Below the pieces are notes generated by a model. That model was not told where the DNA came from. It saw only the letters and a program-made list of their open reading frames with translations, and made no database searches. From the NCBI GenBank assembly GCA_030605835.1, contig JAUWHO010000048.1:107984-171983 (forward strand): a stretch of DNA of 64,000 bases, in the 5' to 3' direction. This stretch comes from Candidatus Zixiibacteriota bacterium (GTDB lineage: Bacteria > Zixibacteria > MSB-5A5 > DG-27). A program made the position numbers and the translations under genes. The stretch's first letter is position 1; every line of letters starts with the position of its first letter. Positions 29,441 through 37,234 of this stretch are shown here, piece after piece.

Positions 29441-30811
29441 ATGGACAAGATTGTAAAGAGGAGCCGAAGACTAAAAGGGGAGGTGGTGCTGCCCGGGGAT
29501 CGCTCCATCTCGCATCAGGCGGCAATTCTGGCTGCAATTTCGGAGGGTGAGAGTCTTATCCGCAATTTCTCGGATAGTCTGGAATGTAGAAAGACCCTGG
29601 ATTGCCTCCAGCTTCTGGGAGTCCCTTGCGAGCTTGAGGGAAGGGATCTGAAAATAGCTGGTGTCGGTCGCGACGGTTTGACCGCACCATCACAGCCCCT
29701 GGATGCCGGCAACTCCGACACCACCATGTATCTGTTGGCGGCGATTCTGGCCCCTCAACCTTTTAGCTGCGAGATTGAGGGGGGATCCTATCTCCAGCGG
29801 CGCTCCCCGGAGGAGGTCATAGACCCCTTGATTCAGATGGGAGCGAACATCGTCCACCCCGAGGGCGCCGGGGCTCCCCTGAATATCACCGGGGGACCTC
29901 TCATCGGAATCCACTATTCTCTTCCCTTTCCCTCGGCACTCACCAAGTCGGCGATCCTGCTTGCGGGTCTCTACGCCGAGGGAGAGACCACGGTGATGGA
30001 GAAGATCCCCACCAGAGACCATACCGAGCGACTGCTGAAGTGTTTCGGGGTGGAGCTGGGAACGGTCTCGCTGGATCAGCGGGATAAAAGGGCCGAAAGC
30101 CGCGACGATTTGAGCTACCGCCTGCGCAAGGCTCAGTCCATAAATGAGACTGAGTTTAAGGGGATGAACATCGTCATCAGTAAGCCGGATGTTTTAAGCG
30201 GGCGGGAGATCCAAATTCCCAACGACTTTTCTGTTGCCGCCCCCTTCATTGCCGCCGCCACGGTGTTGAAGAATTCCAACGTCAATTTTCCGAATCTCAG
30301 CCTGAACCCTTCCAGGGCCGGCTTTCTGGAACTGCTCAAGCGCATGGGCGGCAACGTTACCATTCGGGAGCGCCGGGAGGTATGTGAGGAGCCGTTGGCT
30401 CATGTCTCCATCCGAACCGCGGGACTGAAATCGCGGCGGGTTGGCGGAAGTCTGATTGCGAACCTCTTAGACGAGATTCCGGTTCTGGCGGTGATGGCAA
30501 CCCAGGCGGAGGGAACCACCGTCATCCGCGGTGCTCAGGGATTGAGGACCAAAGAGACCGACCGCATCAAGGCCATATATGTCAACCTGCGTAAGATGGG
30601 TGCCAGGGTTGGTGAGCTGGAAGATGGGCTGGTGATTGAGGGCAAGGCGAGCCTGGAGGGAGCTGAGATTGATACCGCCGGAGATCACCTGATTGCCATG
30701 GCCTTCGCCATTGCGGGTTTGGTGGCCCAGGGGGAGACCGTGATACGCGATGCCGAGTGCGTCGAAAAATCCTTCCCCGGATTCTGGGATAATCTTGAAA
30801 ACCTGATCTGA
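29441..30811 (+). CDS. aroA-like: AroA (EPSP synthase)-like protein with degenerate active site
   Basis: Class II AroA scaffold (PGD.SISH, RDHTE, DEIP, KETDRI, DH.IAM, KSFP), but reads PGDRSISHQ, GNSDTTMY, SALTKS and DHLIAM at conserved positions. Confidence 0.85.
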   Translation: MDKIVKRSRRLKGEVVLPGDRSISHQAAILAAISEGESLIRNFSDSLECRKTLDCLQLLGVPCELEGRDLKIAGVGRDGLTAPSQPLDAGNSDTTMYLLAAILAPQPFSCEIEGGSYLQRRSPEEVIDPLIQMGANIVHPEGAGAPLNITGGPLIGIHYSLPFPSALTKSAILLAGLYAEGETTVMEKIPTRDHTERLLKCFGVELGTVSLDQRDKRAESRDDLSYRLRKAQSINETEFKGMNIVISKPDVLSGREIQIPNDFSVAAPFIAAATVLKNSNVNFPNLSLNPSRAGFLELLKRMGGNVTIRERREVCEEPLAHVSIRTAGLKSRRVGGSLIANLLDEIPVLAVMATQAEGTTVIRGAQGLRTKETDRIKAIYVNLRKMGARVGELEDGLVIEGKASLEGAEIDTAGDHLIAMAFAIAGLVAQGETVIRDAECVEKSFPGFWDNLENLI

Positions 30812-30838
30812 GAAAATCTCCCCCCCCGACGAGGAGTA

Positions 30839-31219
30839 TTGTTGCCGAAATCGAAAGTTGAAAAGGGGAGAAAGGGAGAGCTTATCGCTTCTCGCTTTCT
30901 GTCATCCAAAGGATTCGAAATCATCGCCCGCAACTTCAGAATCGATCACAAGGAAGTCGACATAATCGCCCGGGAGGGGGAGTTCCTGGTATTTGTCGAG
31001 GTGAAATTCGGGAGGGTTGGCTCCTTCGGGGAGCCGGTGGAGTGGGTAGGTCCCAGGAAGAAGAAAAACCTCATCGAAGCCGCGAAACTCTACCTCTCGA
31101 AAAACGAGCTTCACGATCTCCCGGTGCGCTTCGATGTAGTGGCCATCTCTCAAAGGGGTGGAAAGACCGAGATCGCCCACTTCCCGGGAGCCTTCGTGGA
31201 GGAGTGGACCCTTTCTTGA
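30839..31219 (+). CDS. yraN: YraN (UPF0102) family protein
   Basis: G..GE.IA..FL..KGF.II.RNF, EVDII, LVFVEVK, RFDVVAI. Confidence 0.88.
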   Translation: MLPKSKVEKGRKGELIASRFLSSKGFEIIARNFRIDHKEVDIIAREGEFLVFVEVKFGRVGSFGEPVEWVGPRKKKNLIEAAKLYLSKNELHDLPVRFDVVAISQRGGKTEIAHFPGAFVEEWTLS

Positions 31220-31222
31220 AAG

Positions 31223-31618
31223 TTACGGTGGGACTGTTCTCTCCTTGAGAGGTGGTTTTTTAGCTCTCGCTGGCTTTTTTCCTCTTTCCTCCTTCAGCTG
31301 TTCCAGTCTCTTGACGACCTCCTGCCAGACCTTCACCCATCTTTCTGGCTCTTCTCTGTAAGCCTCCTCTAAGGCCGAAAAATCCTCCAGGCTGAACTCG
31401 TTTCTGCTCAAAATCTCGTTCCTGGCGGAGTCATACTCCTGTGGTAGCTGCTCGAACATCTTCTGAGCGACCGAGAGCTCCACAAAGGTGGATATGAACC
31501 TCTTCTCTGTTCTCTGGGTAGCTCTGTTTTCCAGGCGAGAATAGATAAGAGCGACGGCCGCAAGGAGGACTAATAGTAAAACCAAATACCAGAAGATTTT
31601 CGTTCGGAAGAACTTCAT
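31223..31618 (-). CDS. Membrane-anchored helical protein (DUF4296-like)
   Basis: N-terminal TM helix, then EILSRNEFS.EDF...Y..EPE.W; probable start MKFF at 31618. Confidence 0.55.
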   Translation of the reverse strand: MKFFRTKIFWYLVLLLVLLAAVALIYSRLENRATQRTEKRFISTFVELSVAQKMFEQLPQEYDSARNEILSRNEFSLEDFSALEEAYREEPERWVKVWQEVVKRLEQLKEERGKKPARAKKPPLKERTVPP

Positions 31619-31668
31619 CAGTATCAGATCAAAGAACGGGAAAATCAAATCGCCTGTCAACTCAAATC

Positions 31669-31745
31669 AAGACAGGAAACAGGAAACAGGGAACAGGGAA
31701 CAGGGAATAGGGAATAGGAGATAGGAGGTAGTAGATAGCAGGTAG
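31669..31745 (+). repeat. Drifting heptamer tandem array, 11 units
   Basis: aagacag gaaacag gaaacag ggaacag ggaacag ggaatag ggaatag gagatag gaggtag tagatag caggtag. Confidence 0.85.
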
Positions 31746-31761
31746 GGAAAAATACAAAACC

Positions 31762-31786
31762 GTAGGGGGCGGAATTTATCCGCCCC
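31762..31786 (+). repeat. REP-like hairpin (ATTTA-loop family)
   Basis: GTAG + GGGGCGGA-ATTTA-TCCGCCCC; same family as 7570-7594 and 7516-7540. Confidence 0.75.
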
Positions 31787-31813
31787 AATCGCCTCAGGCC
31801 GCAGTGTGTAAAT

Positions 31814-31843
31814 AAAAAAGCGCCCGAGATAAACCCGAGCGCT
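31814..31843 (-). terminator. Intrinsic terminator of the fibre/adaptor operon
   Basis: Minus strand AGCGCTCGGG-TTTAT-CTCGGGCGCT (10 bp, 2 GU) followed by a T-tract, about 20 nt after the stop at 31866. Confidence 0.7.
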
Positions 31844-31865
31844 ATTAGTTTTTTTCGAGTGTAGA

Positions 31866-32384
31866 TTACTTAATTAACATCATCCTCTTTGTCTGAGTGA
31901 AATCTCCGGCGGTTAGCTTGTAAAAATAGATGCCGGAAGCCTTATCAGGTGCGTACCAGAGGAATGAATAGTAACCCGGCTGCTGAAACCCATCGACGCA
32001 GGTCTCCACCTTTTGTCCGAGGATATTGTGGACATCAAGCGTTACTCGAGACGATACGGGTAGAGCGTACTCGATGACAGTCGTCGAGTTGAAGGGATTG
32101 GGATAGTTCTGACTCAACTCGAACCGCAATGGCAGAAGCTCCCCTTCACCAGCGAATTTCAGAAGTGGATTGAACACCTGCATAAATCCGGCTTTATGGG
32201 TATATTTGCCATCCGAAGCATTTACCACTGCCACATGAGTCATAACTGCGTAAGTACTAACTCCGTCAGCAGACGCCGCTCCGCCGCTGGCTCCGATCAT
32301 CACCCACTTGTGTTGATAGGTTTGGGCATTTGATACGCAGGCTAAAATTAAGAACAGGGCAACGGTAATTGAGTTTCTTTTCAT
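31866..32384 (-). CDS. Small T9SS type-A CTD protein (mature part about 60 aa plus CTD)
   Basis: Signal peptide, short IGASGG...HKAGF segment, then FELSQNYPNPFN...SGIYFYKLTAGDFTQTKRMMLIK. Confidence 0.8.
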   Translation of the reverse strand: MKRNSITVALFLILACVSNAQTYQHKWVMIGASGGAASADGVSTYAVMTHVAVVNASDGKYTHKAGFMQVFNPLLKFAGEGELLPLRFELSQNYPNPFNSTTVIEYALPVSSRVTLDVHNILGQKVETCVDGFQQPGYYSFLWYAPDKASGIYFYKLTAGDFTQTKRMMLIK

Positions 32385-32476
32385 GTTACTTCCCTTAGTT
32401 TTTTTCAAAGTTTTTTTGAATTAACTTCGATCCGTGACAGTACCATTGGCATCGTTAAAGTGAAGATTTTTGATAA

Positions 32477-34942
32477 CTATTGTTTGCCAAAGCCCGAACT
32501 TGTATACGGATCTGTGTGACGTATATTGGCCAGAGGCAGTCTAGCGTTCTCATAACCTTTGCGTTTAGCCACAACTCGGTAGTCGAACGCTGCATTGCTC
32601 GTACCTCCCTGCAATTCGGTCACATCAAAACCGGTTTTGCTCCGTTTAACAAAAACGCCGCGGCAGTCATCATTAAGCTGCACGAAGACTTTCATCGGGT
32701 GCTGATCATTGATGGTGACGGTTTCGAGAAACAGAGGGTCTAACTCGATGCGGGTTCTGCCATTTATTAGTTGGCCTTCACCGAAATCCTCGAACCATAC
32801 CTCTGGGCTCTCTATCACACTTAAAAGCGCTTCTCCCTCAGAAGTGGTAACTACCGCATATTTTCCTCCGGAGCCGCAAAAATCGCCGTCGGCGTAAATA
32901 GCGCAAGCACCTGAGAGATTTCTACCATAGATCGTGGGCCACGACCCTGGGCCTGAGTAAGAGCTGTTATTCAGTGCAAAAATTGTGTTCGTGCCGTGCG
33001 AATTATCGTTTTGCCCCCACATTGTTGGAAAGCCCGGACCCGCGCTATTATTCCTTGCGCTAATTGTGTTTGTGTTGCCATCCGCTCTTGCCCAAATAGT
33101 CGGATGGTTGGAGGAAGTGTTGATCACATACAACCCGTTTCCGTTGCTTATACCATCAACCGCCACAATAGCTGACGTTGGAGGGTTTTGTAGCCACACC
33201 GATGCGCCGTTGTATTTTGAGCCAAAGTTGTTGAACACCTTGCTGCCACTGATAGTCTGACTGGACGAAAGATCAACAAACGAATTTGCATCTTGCCCAT
33301 CGAGTAGGTCAGCGTTAAGACTCGCGTTTAGATTCCCGTTACTGACAGGGACTTGGCCTGATGCGTTGCCAGCGTGGTATCCCTCCAGCATGTCAGCGTC
33401 CAGCCCGTTGCCAGAGCCAGTATATAGCCGACTATTAGGAATTTTCGTGTTTCCGTCAAGAGGGTACAAGTAATTTGGTGTTGGTACATTGCTGGCGTGG
33501 TACCCATCTACTTCATCAGCGTCGGGATATAGGTCTCCCCAATTATGTCCATCCAAGCTATCCGCATTCCAGGCGAATTTTGCAGTGTCAGCCACTCCGC
33601 CAGTCACGGCTGTTGTCTGGATAGATCCATCAGGAAATTTGAAACCGCCGGAGTCTGAGTAGATAATGCCTGCTACTTCAAGGGGTTCGGTTGGGCTCGC
33701 GGTCCCAATACCGACATTGCCGGGCACTCCTGAATACATATTGTCACCGGAGATTACCCAATCACTATCGGCTTGACCGTAAGTCCATCCCAGCTGGCCA
33801 TTCCCGTCGGTCGCCATCACTTGACCGTCGGCGCCATCAGTGGCAGGAAATTCATAGCCATCTACCTCATCTCCAAAACGGATATGGGGCATATCCACCA
33901 TAAAGGTGGAGTCCTGCGTTAGATTGCTGCCTATACCGAAAAGGTAAGAGTAATCTGCCGTTTCTGTAATCGTATTACCTTTCCCACCAAGAATTGCGGA
34001 GTAGTCTCCCTTAACAACATTGCTCGAGCCGCCCCCAATTACTGGCCCCTTCCCGGAGGCGGTGTTAAGCCCCCCTCCACCGATGGTGGCCCCGCGACCC
34101 TTCGCCTTATTGTCTCCTCCACCAGCGACAGTTGAATAGTCGTGCGCTGCAACGTTGCGAAAACCTCCGCTTACCGTAGCGTAGTACCTGTTGTATCCCT
34201 CGTGACCTGTCCTACTGTCTGTTCCTAGATTGTTCATTGTGTGGGTGCCGTCACCATATAGAACGTTACTAGCTCCACCGCGGGCTATTCCCCAGTCGCC
34301 AGATGTGTAGAGGACATCACCAACGAGAGTCCACTCACCCTCCAGAGCGTCATCGACCACGTCATCCGTGGTAGTACCATCCAGCAGTTCCCCGGTTGCA
34401 AAACCCTTAGTCGTGGCACTGCCAGACGACCGACCCCTTTGGGTCAAATCAGTGCTTACAGCGGTATGATCGGGAAGGACGCTAGCGGGTAATTTCCCAT
34501 CAGGCCCCAATGGTATAAGCTTGCCGGCCTCTGGTGTACCACTCACCTCATATCCATCCAATCTCTTGGCATTTGCTGCCATAATTGAATAGAGGACCGA
34601 GGCTAACCGGTAGCGCGGCTTCATCTCAGATTGACCGGCGATCTGTAGTGCGAACCAGAGGTCATCCTCGATGGCCATGTCTATGGGATTCTTTTGCCCC
34701 AGGGTGATTGAATAAAGTCCCTTCTCTACCACAATGGTGTCAGTTTCAGACCAGAGAACCTTTCCCCCAGTGGAATTGTCATAGATTCTAAAGGTGACTC
34801 CATACTCCCCGGTCAATGGAGTATCCTGGTCGTCAACAAGATAACCTTGAAAGTTTACCAGACGCGGAATGTCGGCCGCAGCTATTCCCACCAACAGCAA
34901 GGAAATAACAACCGTCAGTGCAAACAAGAAAAATGTGCGCAT
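32477..34942 (-). CDS. Secreted trimeric fibre-like protein (tail fibre/YadA-like repeats)
   Basis: Signal peptide, IPRLVNFQG N-domain, five 15-aa GG..N.A.G repeats, GNVGIGT..P, FKFPDGSIQTTA, five (D/N)AD.LDG-like motifs, C-terminal ESPEVWFEDFG...YRVVAKRKGYE domain; no CTD. Confidence 0.75.
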   Translation of the reverse strand: MRTFFLFALTVVISLLLVGIAAADIPRLVNFQGYLVDDQDTPLTGEYGVTFRIYDNSTGGKVLWSETDTIVVEKGLYSITLGQKNPIDMAIEDDLWFALQIAGQSEMKPRYRLASVLYSIMAANAKRLDGYEVSGTPEAGKLIPLGPDGKLPASVLPDHTAVSTDLTQRGRSSGSATTKGFATGELLDGTTTDDVVDDALEGEWTLVGDVLYTSGDWGIARGGASNVLYGDGTHTMNNLGTDSRTGHEGYNRYYATVSGGFRNVAAHDYSTVAGGGDNKAKGRGATIGGGGLNTASGKGPVIGGGSSNVVKGDYSAILGGKGNTITETADYSYLFGIGSNLTQDSTFMVDMPHIRFGDEVDGYEFPATDGADGQVMATDGNGQLGWTYGQADSDWVISGDNMYSGVPGNVGIGTASPTEPLEVAGIIYSDSGGFKFPDGSIQTTAVTGGVADTAKFAWNADSLDGHNWGDLYPDADEVDGYHASNVPTPNYLYPLDGNTKIPNSRLYTGSGNGLDADMLEGYHAGNASGQVPVSNGNLNASLNADLLDGQDANSFVDLSSSQTISGSKVFNNFGSKYNGASVWLQNPPTSAIVAVDGISNGNGLYVINTSSNHPTIWARADGNTNTISARNNSAGPGFPTMWGQNDNSHGTNTIFALNNSSYSGPGSWPTIYGRNLSGACAIYADGDFCGSGGKYAVVTTSEGEALLSVIESPEVWFEDFGEGQLINGRTRIELDPLFLETVTINDQHPMKVFVQLNDDCRGVFVKRSKTGFDVTELQGGTSNAAFDYRVVAKRKGYENARLPLANIRHTDPYTSSGFGKQ

Positions 34943-34991
34943 GGCCTTCCTCCTTAATTTAGAGGGTTATTGGAATGCTAAAACCATTGAA

Positions 34992-35020
34992 ATAATATTG
35001 CGCAATCCTGAAAAAGTCAA
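34992..35020 (-). promoter_or_regulatory. Putative promoter of the fibre operon
   Basis: Minus strand TTGACT, 17 nt, TATTAT. Confidence 0.5.
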
Positions 35021-35164
35021 TAGGAAAAGTCAAAAAATATGGGAAAGCCAAAAACCCCCGACTTCGCGGTCTTGAGGGCTAGTCCCACAGAAGGGAAAAC
35101 ATCCTTGGAATATGATTTAACTCACTTCTTTTTTTAGGTGATGATTTGTCCTAAGTCCCTATAG

Positions 35165-35230
35165 ATTAACGAACTAGCAATTATTTACCATTTACTATGC
35201 ACTATCCAGCACTGACCACTAACCACAACC
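35165..35230. repeat. Degenerate 7-nt periodic run
   Basis: ...tactatg cactatc cagcact gaccact aaccaca; reverse complement resembles the GGTTAGT/AGTGG family. Confidence 0.4.
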
Positions 35231-35236
35231 AGAGTA

Positions 35237-35265
35237 TTGACAATCCTTGTGGCTTCGGGTAGCTT
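35237..35265 (+). promoter_or_regulatory. Putative promoter of ispG
   Basis: TTGACA, 17 nt, TAGCTT. Confidence 0.45.
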
Positions 35266-35274
35266 GGCGGAGCT

Positions 35275-36333
35275 ATGAGGCGCAAAAGAAAACGAGTGGT
35301 CAGAATCGGCGGGATAAAAATCGGTGGGAATCACCCCGTAGCGGTGCAGTCGATGACCACCACTGATACCAGAGATATAACTGCCACCTTACGACAGATA
35401 CGCCGACTCCGAAAAGCCGGTTGCGAGATTGTCCGCCTGGCAGTTCCCGACCGCCAAGCGGCGGTCTCTTTAGGAGAGATAAAGAAGAGGACCTCTTTGC
35501 CGGTTGTTGCCGATATCCACTTCGACTATAGGCTGGCGCTGGAGTCGTTAAAGGCGGGGGTTGACAAGCTTCGGATCAATCCCGGCAACATCGGAGCGAC
35601 CTGGAAGGTGAAGGAGGTGGTGAAGGCGGCTGCCGATCGGGAAGTTCCTATAAGGATTGGAGCCAACAGCGGATCGCTCCCCAAAGACCTCTTGAAGAAG
35701 TACAAGCACGCTACTGCGGAAGCTCTGGTGGAGGCCACTTTCAGGCAGGTGGAGCTATTAGACTCCCTGAACTTCAACGCCATCGTTCTATCTTTGAAAT
35801 CCTCTTCCGTCCCGGTGACAATTGAGGCTTACCGTCTGATCTCCAGGAAAACCGACTATCCCTTACATCTGGGAATCACCGAAGCCGGGCCCCTTCTGAC
35901 GGGAAGCGTGAGATCCGCAGTTGGCCTGGGTGCCCTTCTGGTGGAGGGAATTGGCGACACCTTGAGGGTCTCTCTGACCGGAGACCCGGTAGAGGAGGTG
36001 AAAGTCGGCTTTGAGATTTTGAAGTCCCTGGATCTGAGACAAAAGGGACCGATTCTGATTTCCTGCCCGATCTGCGGGCGTTGTGAGATAAATTTAGAGA
36101 GACTGGTCAGAAGAGTGGAGAAAAAGATTGCTAAGATAGAGACACCGTTGAAGATTGCGGTGATGGGTTGTGTGGTCAACGGTCCGGGAGAGGCCCGAGA
36201 AGCTGACGTCGGCATCGCCGCTGGCAAGGGGGTTGGCCTTCTCTTCAGAAAGGGGAGAGTTGTCAGAAAACTAAAGGAGGCGGAACTGGAGAGTGCCCTA
36301 TTGCAGGAAATTCACAAAATGACAATGAACTGA
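35275..36333 (+). CDS. ispG: HMBPP synthase (MEP pathway)
   Basis: VQSMT, ADIHFD, RINPGNIG, RIGANSGSL, HLGITEAG, GIGDTLRVSLT, SCPICGRC, MGCVVNGPGE. Confidence 0.95.
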   Translation: MRRKRKRVVRIGGIKIGGNHPVAVQSMTTTDTRDITATLRQIRRLRKAGCEIVRLAVPDRQAAVSLGEIKKRTSLPVVADIHFDYRLALESLKAGVDKLRINPGNIGATWKVKEVVKAAADREVPIRIGANSGSLPKDLLKKYKHATAEALVEATFRQVELLDSLNFNAIVLSLKSSSVPVTIEAYRLISRKTDYPLHLGITEAGPLLTGSVRSAVGLGALLVEGIGDTLRVSLTGDPVEEVKVGFEILKSLDLRQKGPILISCPICGRCEINLERLVRRVEKKIAKIETPLKIAVMGCVVNGPGEAREADVGIAAGKGVGLLFRKGRVVRKLKEAELESALLQEIHKMTMN

Positions 36334-36344
36334 TCCAAGAGCCG

Positions 36345-37169
36345 TCAAGCCGACCGGACTGAATTCTCAATCTTTTTGACATCGATTATCAATTGCTCTA
36401 ACCGGTCCAAAGGGAGCATACTGTCTTTATCACATAAGGCCCTCTCAACATCCGGATGGGTCTCCACAAACAGGGCATCTACTCCACAGGCCACTGCTGC
36501 CCTCGACATCGGAATCACAAACTGGGGTTGACCTGCGGAGCTGGCTTCTCCACCGCCCGGTAGCTGCAGACTATGGGTGGCGTCGAAGACCACCGGGTAG
36601 CCTAAAGACCGCATTATCAAAAGGGAGCGCATGTCGACGACTAAGTTGTGGTAACCGAAGGTTGTGCCCCTTTCCGTCAGAAGGATGTTTTTGCTTCCGA
36701 AGGACTCGGCCTTTTCGGCAATGAATTTCATATCCTCCGGCGCCAGGAATTGACCTTTCTTGAGGTTTAAGGGTAACCCGGTCTCGGCGGCGGCTTTGAT
36801 CAGATCGGTCTGTCTGCAGAGAAAAGCGGGTATCTGGAGAGCGTCAACCACCTCCGCGGCGGCACCTACCTCCCCGGGAGTGTGGACGTCAGTCAGCACC
36901 GGAAGCTCAAATTCCCTCTTAACCTTTGATAGGATTTCCAGACCCTTCTTTAGTCCGGGCCCGCTGTAGGAATTGACGCTCAAACGGTTGGCCTTAAGAT
37001 AGGAGGACTTGAAAATGACGGGAAGATTGTGAGTCTCCCCGAGTTTCTTTACCATCTCTGCAGTCCTTAAGGTAATCTCCTCAGTCTCGATCACGCAGGG
37101 ACCGGCTATCAAAACCAGCGGGTTGCCGCCGCCAATTCTTACATCACCGATTTGTACGACTCTTGTCAA
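36345..37169 (-). CDS. kdsA: KDO8P synthase
   Basis: IAGPCVIE, KSSY.KANR, QIPAFLCRQTDL, KKGQFLAP, ERG..FGY, FDATHS, ETHP, D..SMLPL. Confidence 0.95.
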   Translation of the reverse strand: MTRVVQIGDVRIGGGNPLVLIAGPCVIETEEITLRTAEMVKKLGETHNLPVIFKSSYLKANRLSVNSYSGPGLKKGLEILSKVKREFELPVLTDVHTPGEVGAAAEVVDALQIPAFLCRQTDLIKAAAETGLPLNLKKGQFLAPEDMKFIAEKAESFGSKNILLTERGTTFGYHNLVVDMRSLLIMRSLGYPVVFDATHSLQLPGGGEASSAGQPQFVIPMSRAAVACGVDALFVETHPDVERALCDKDSMLPLDRLEQLIIDVKKIENSVRSA

Positions 37170-37234
37170 ATCTTCTTCAACTTAGTGAGAAGAGGCCGGA
37201 GCTCTTCGGTTCGTTTTTCTTGGCAGGCAGGATT

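Noticed and set aside
32477-34942. Fibre gene as a prophage remnant
   Set aside because: It has a Sec signal peptide and its own promoter and terminator, with no capsid, terminase, integrase or other tail genes nearby.
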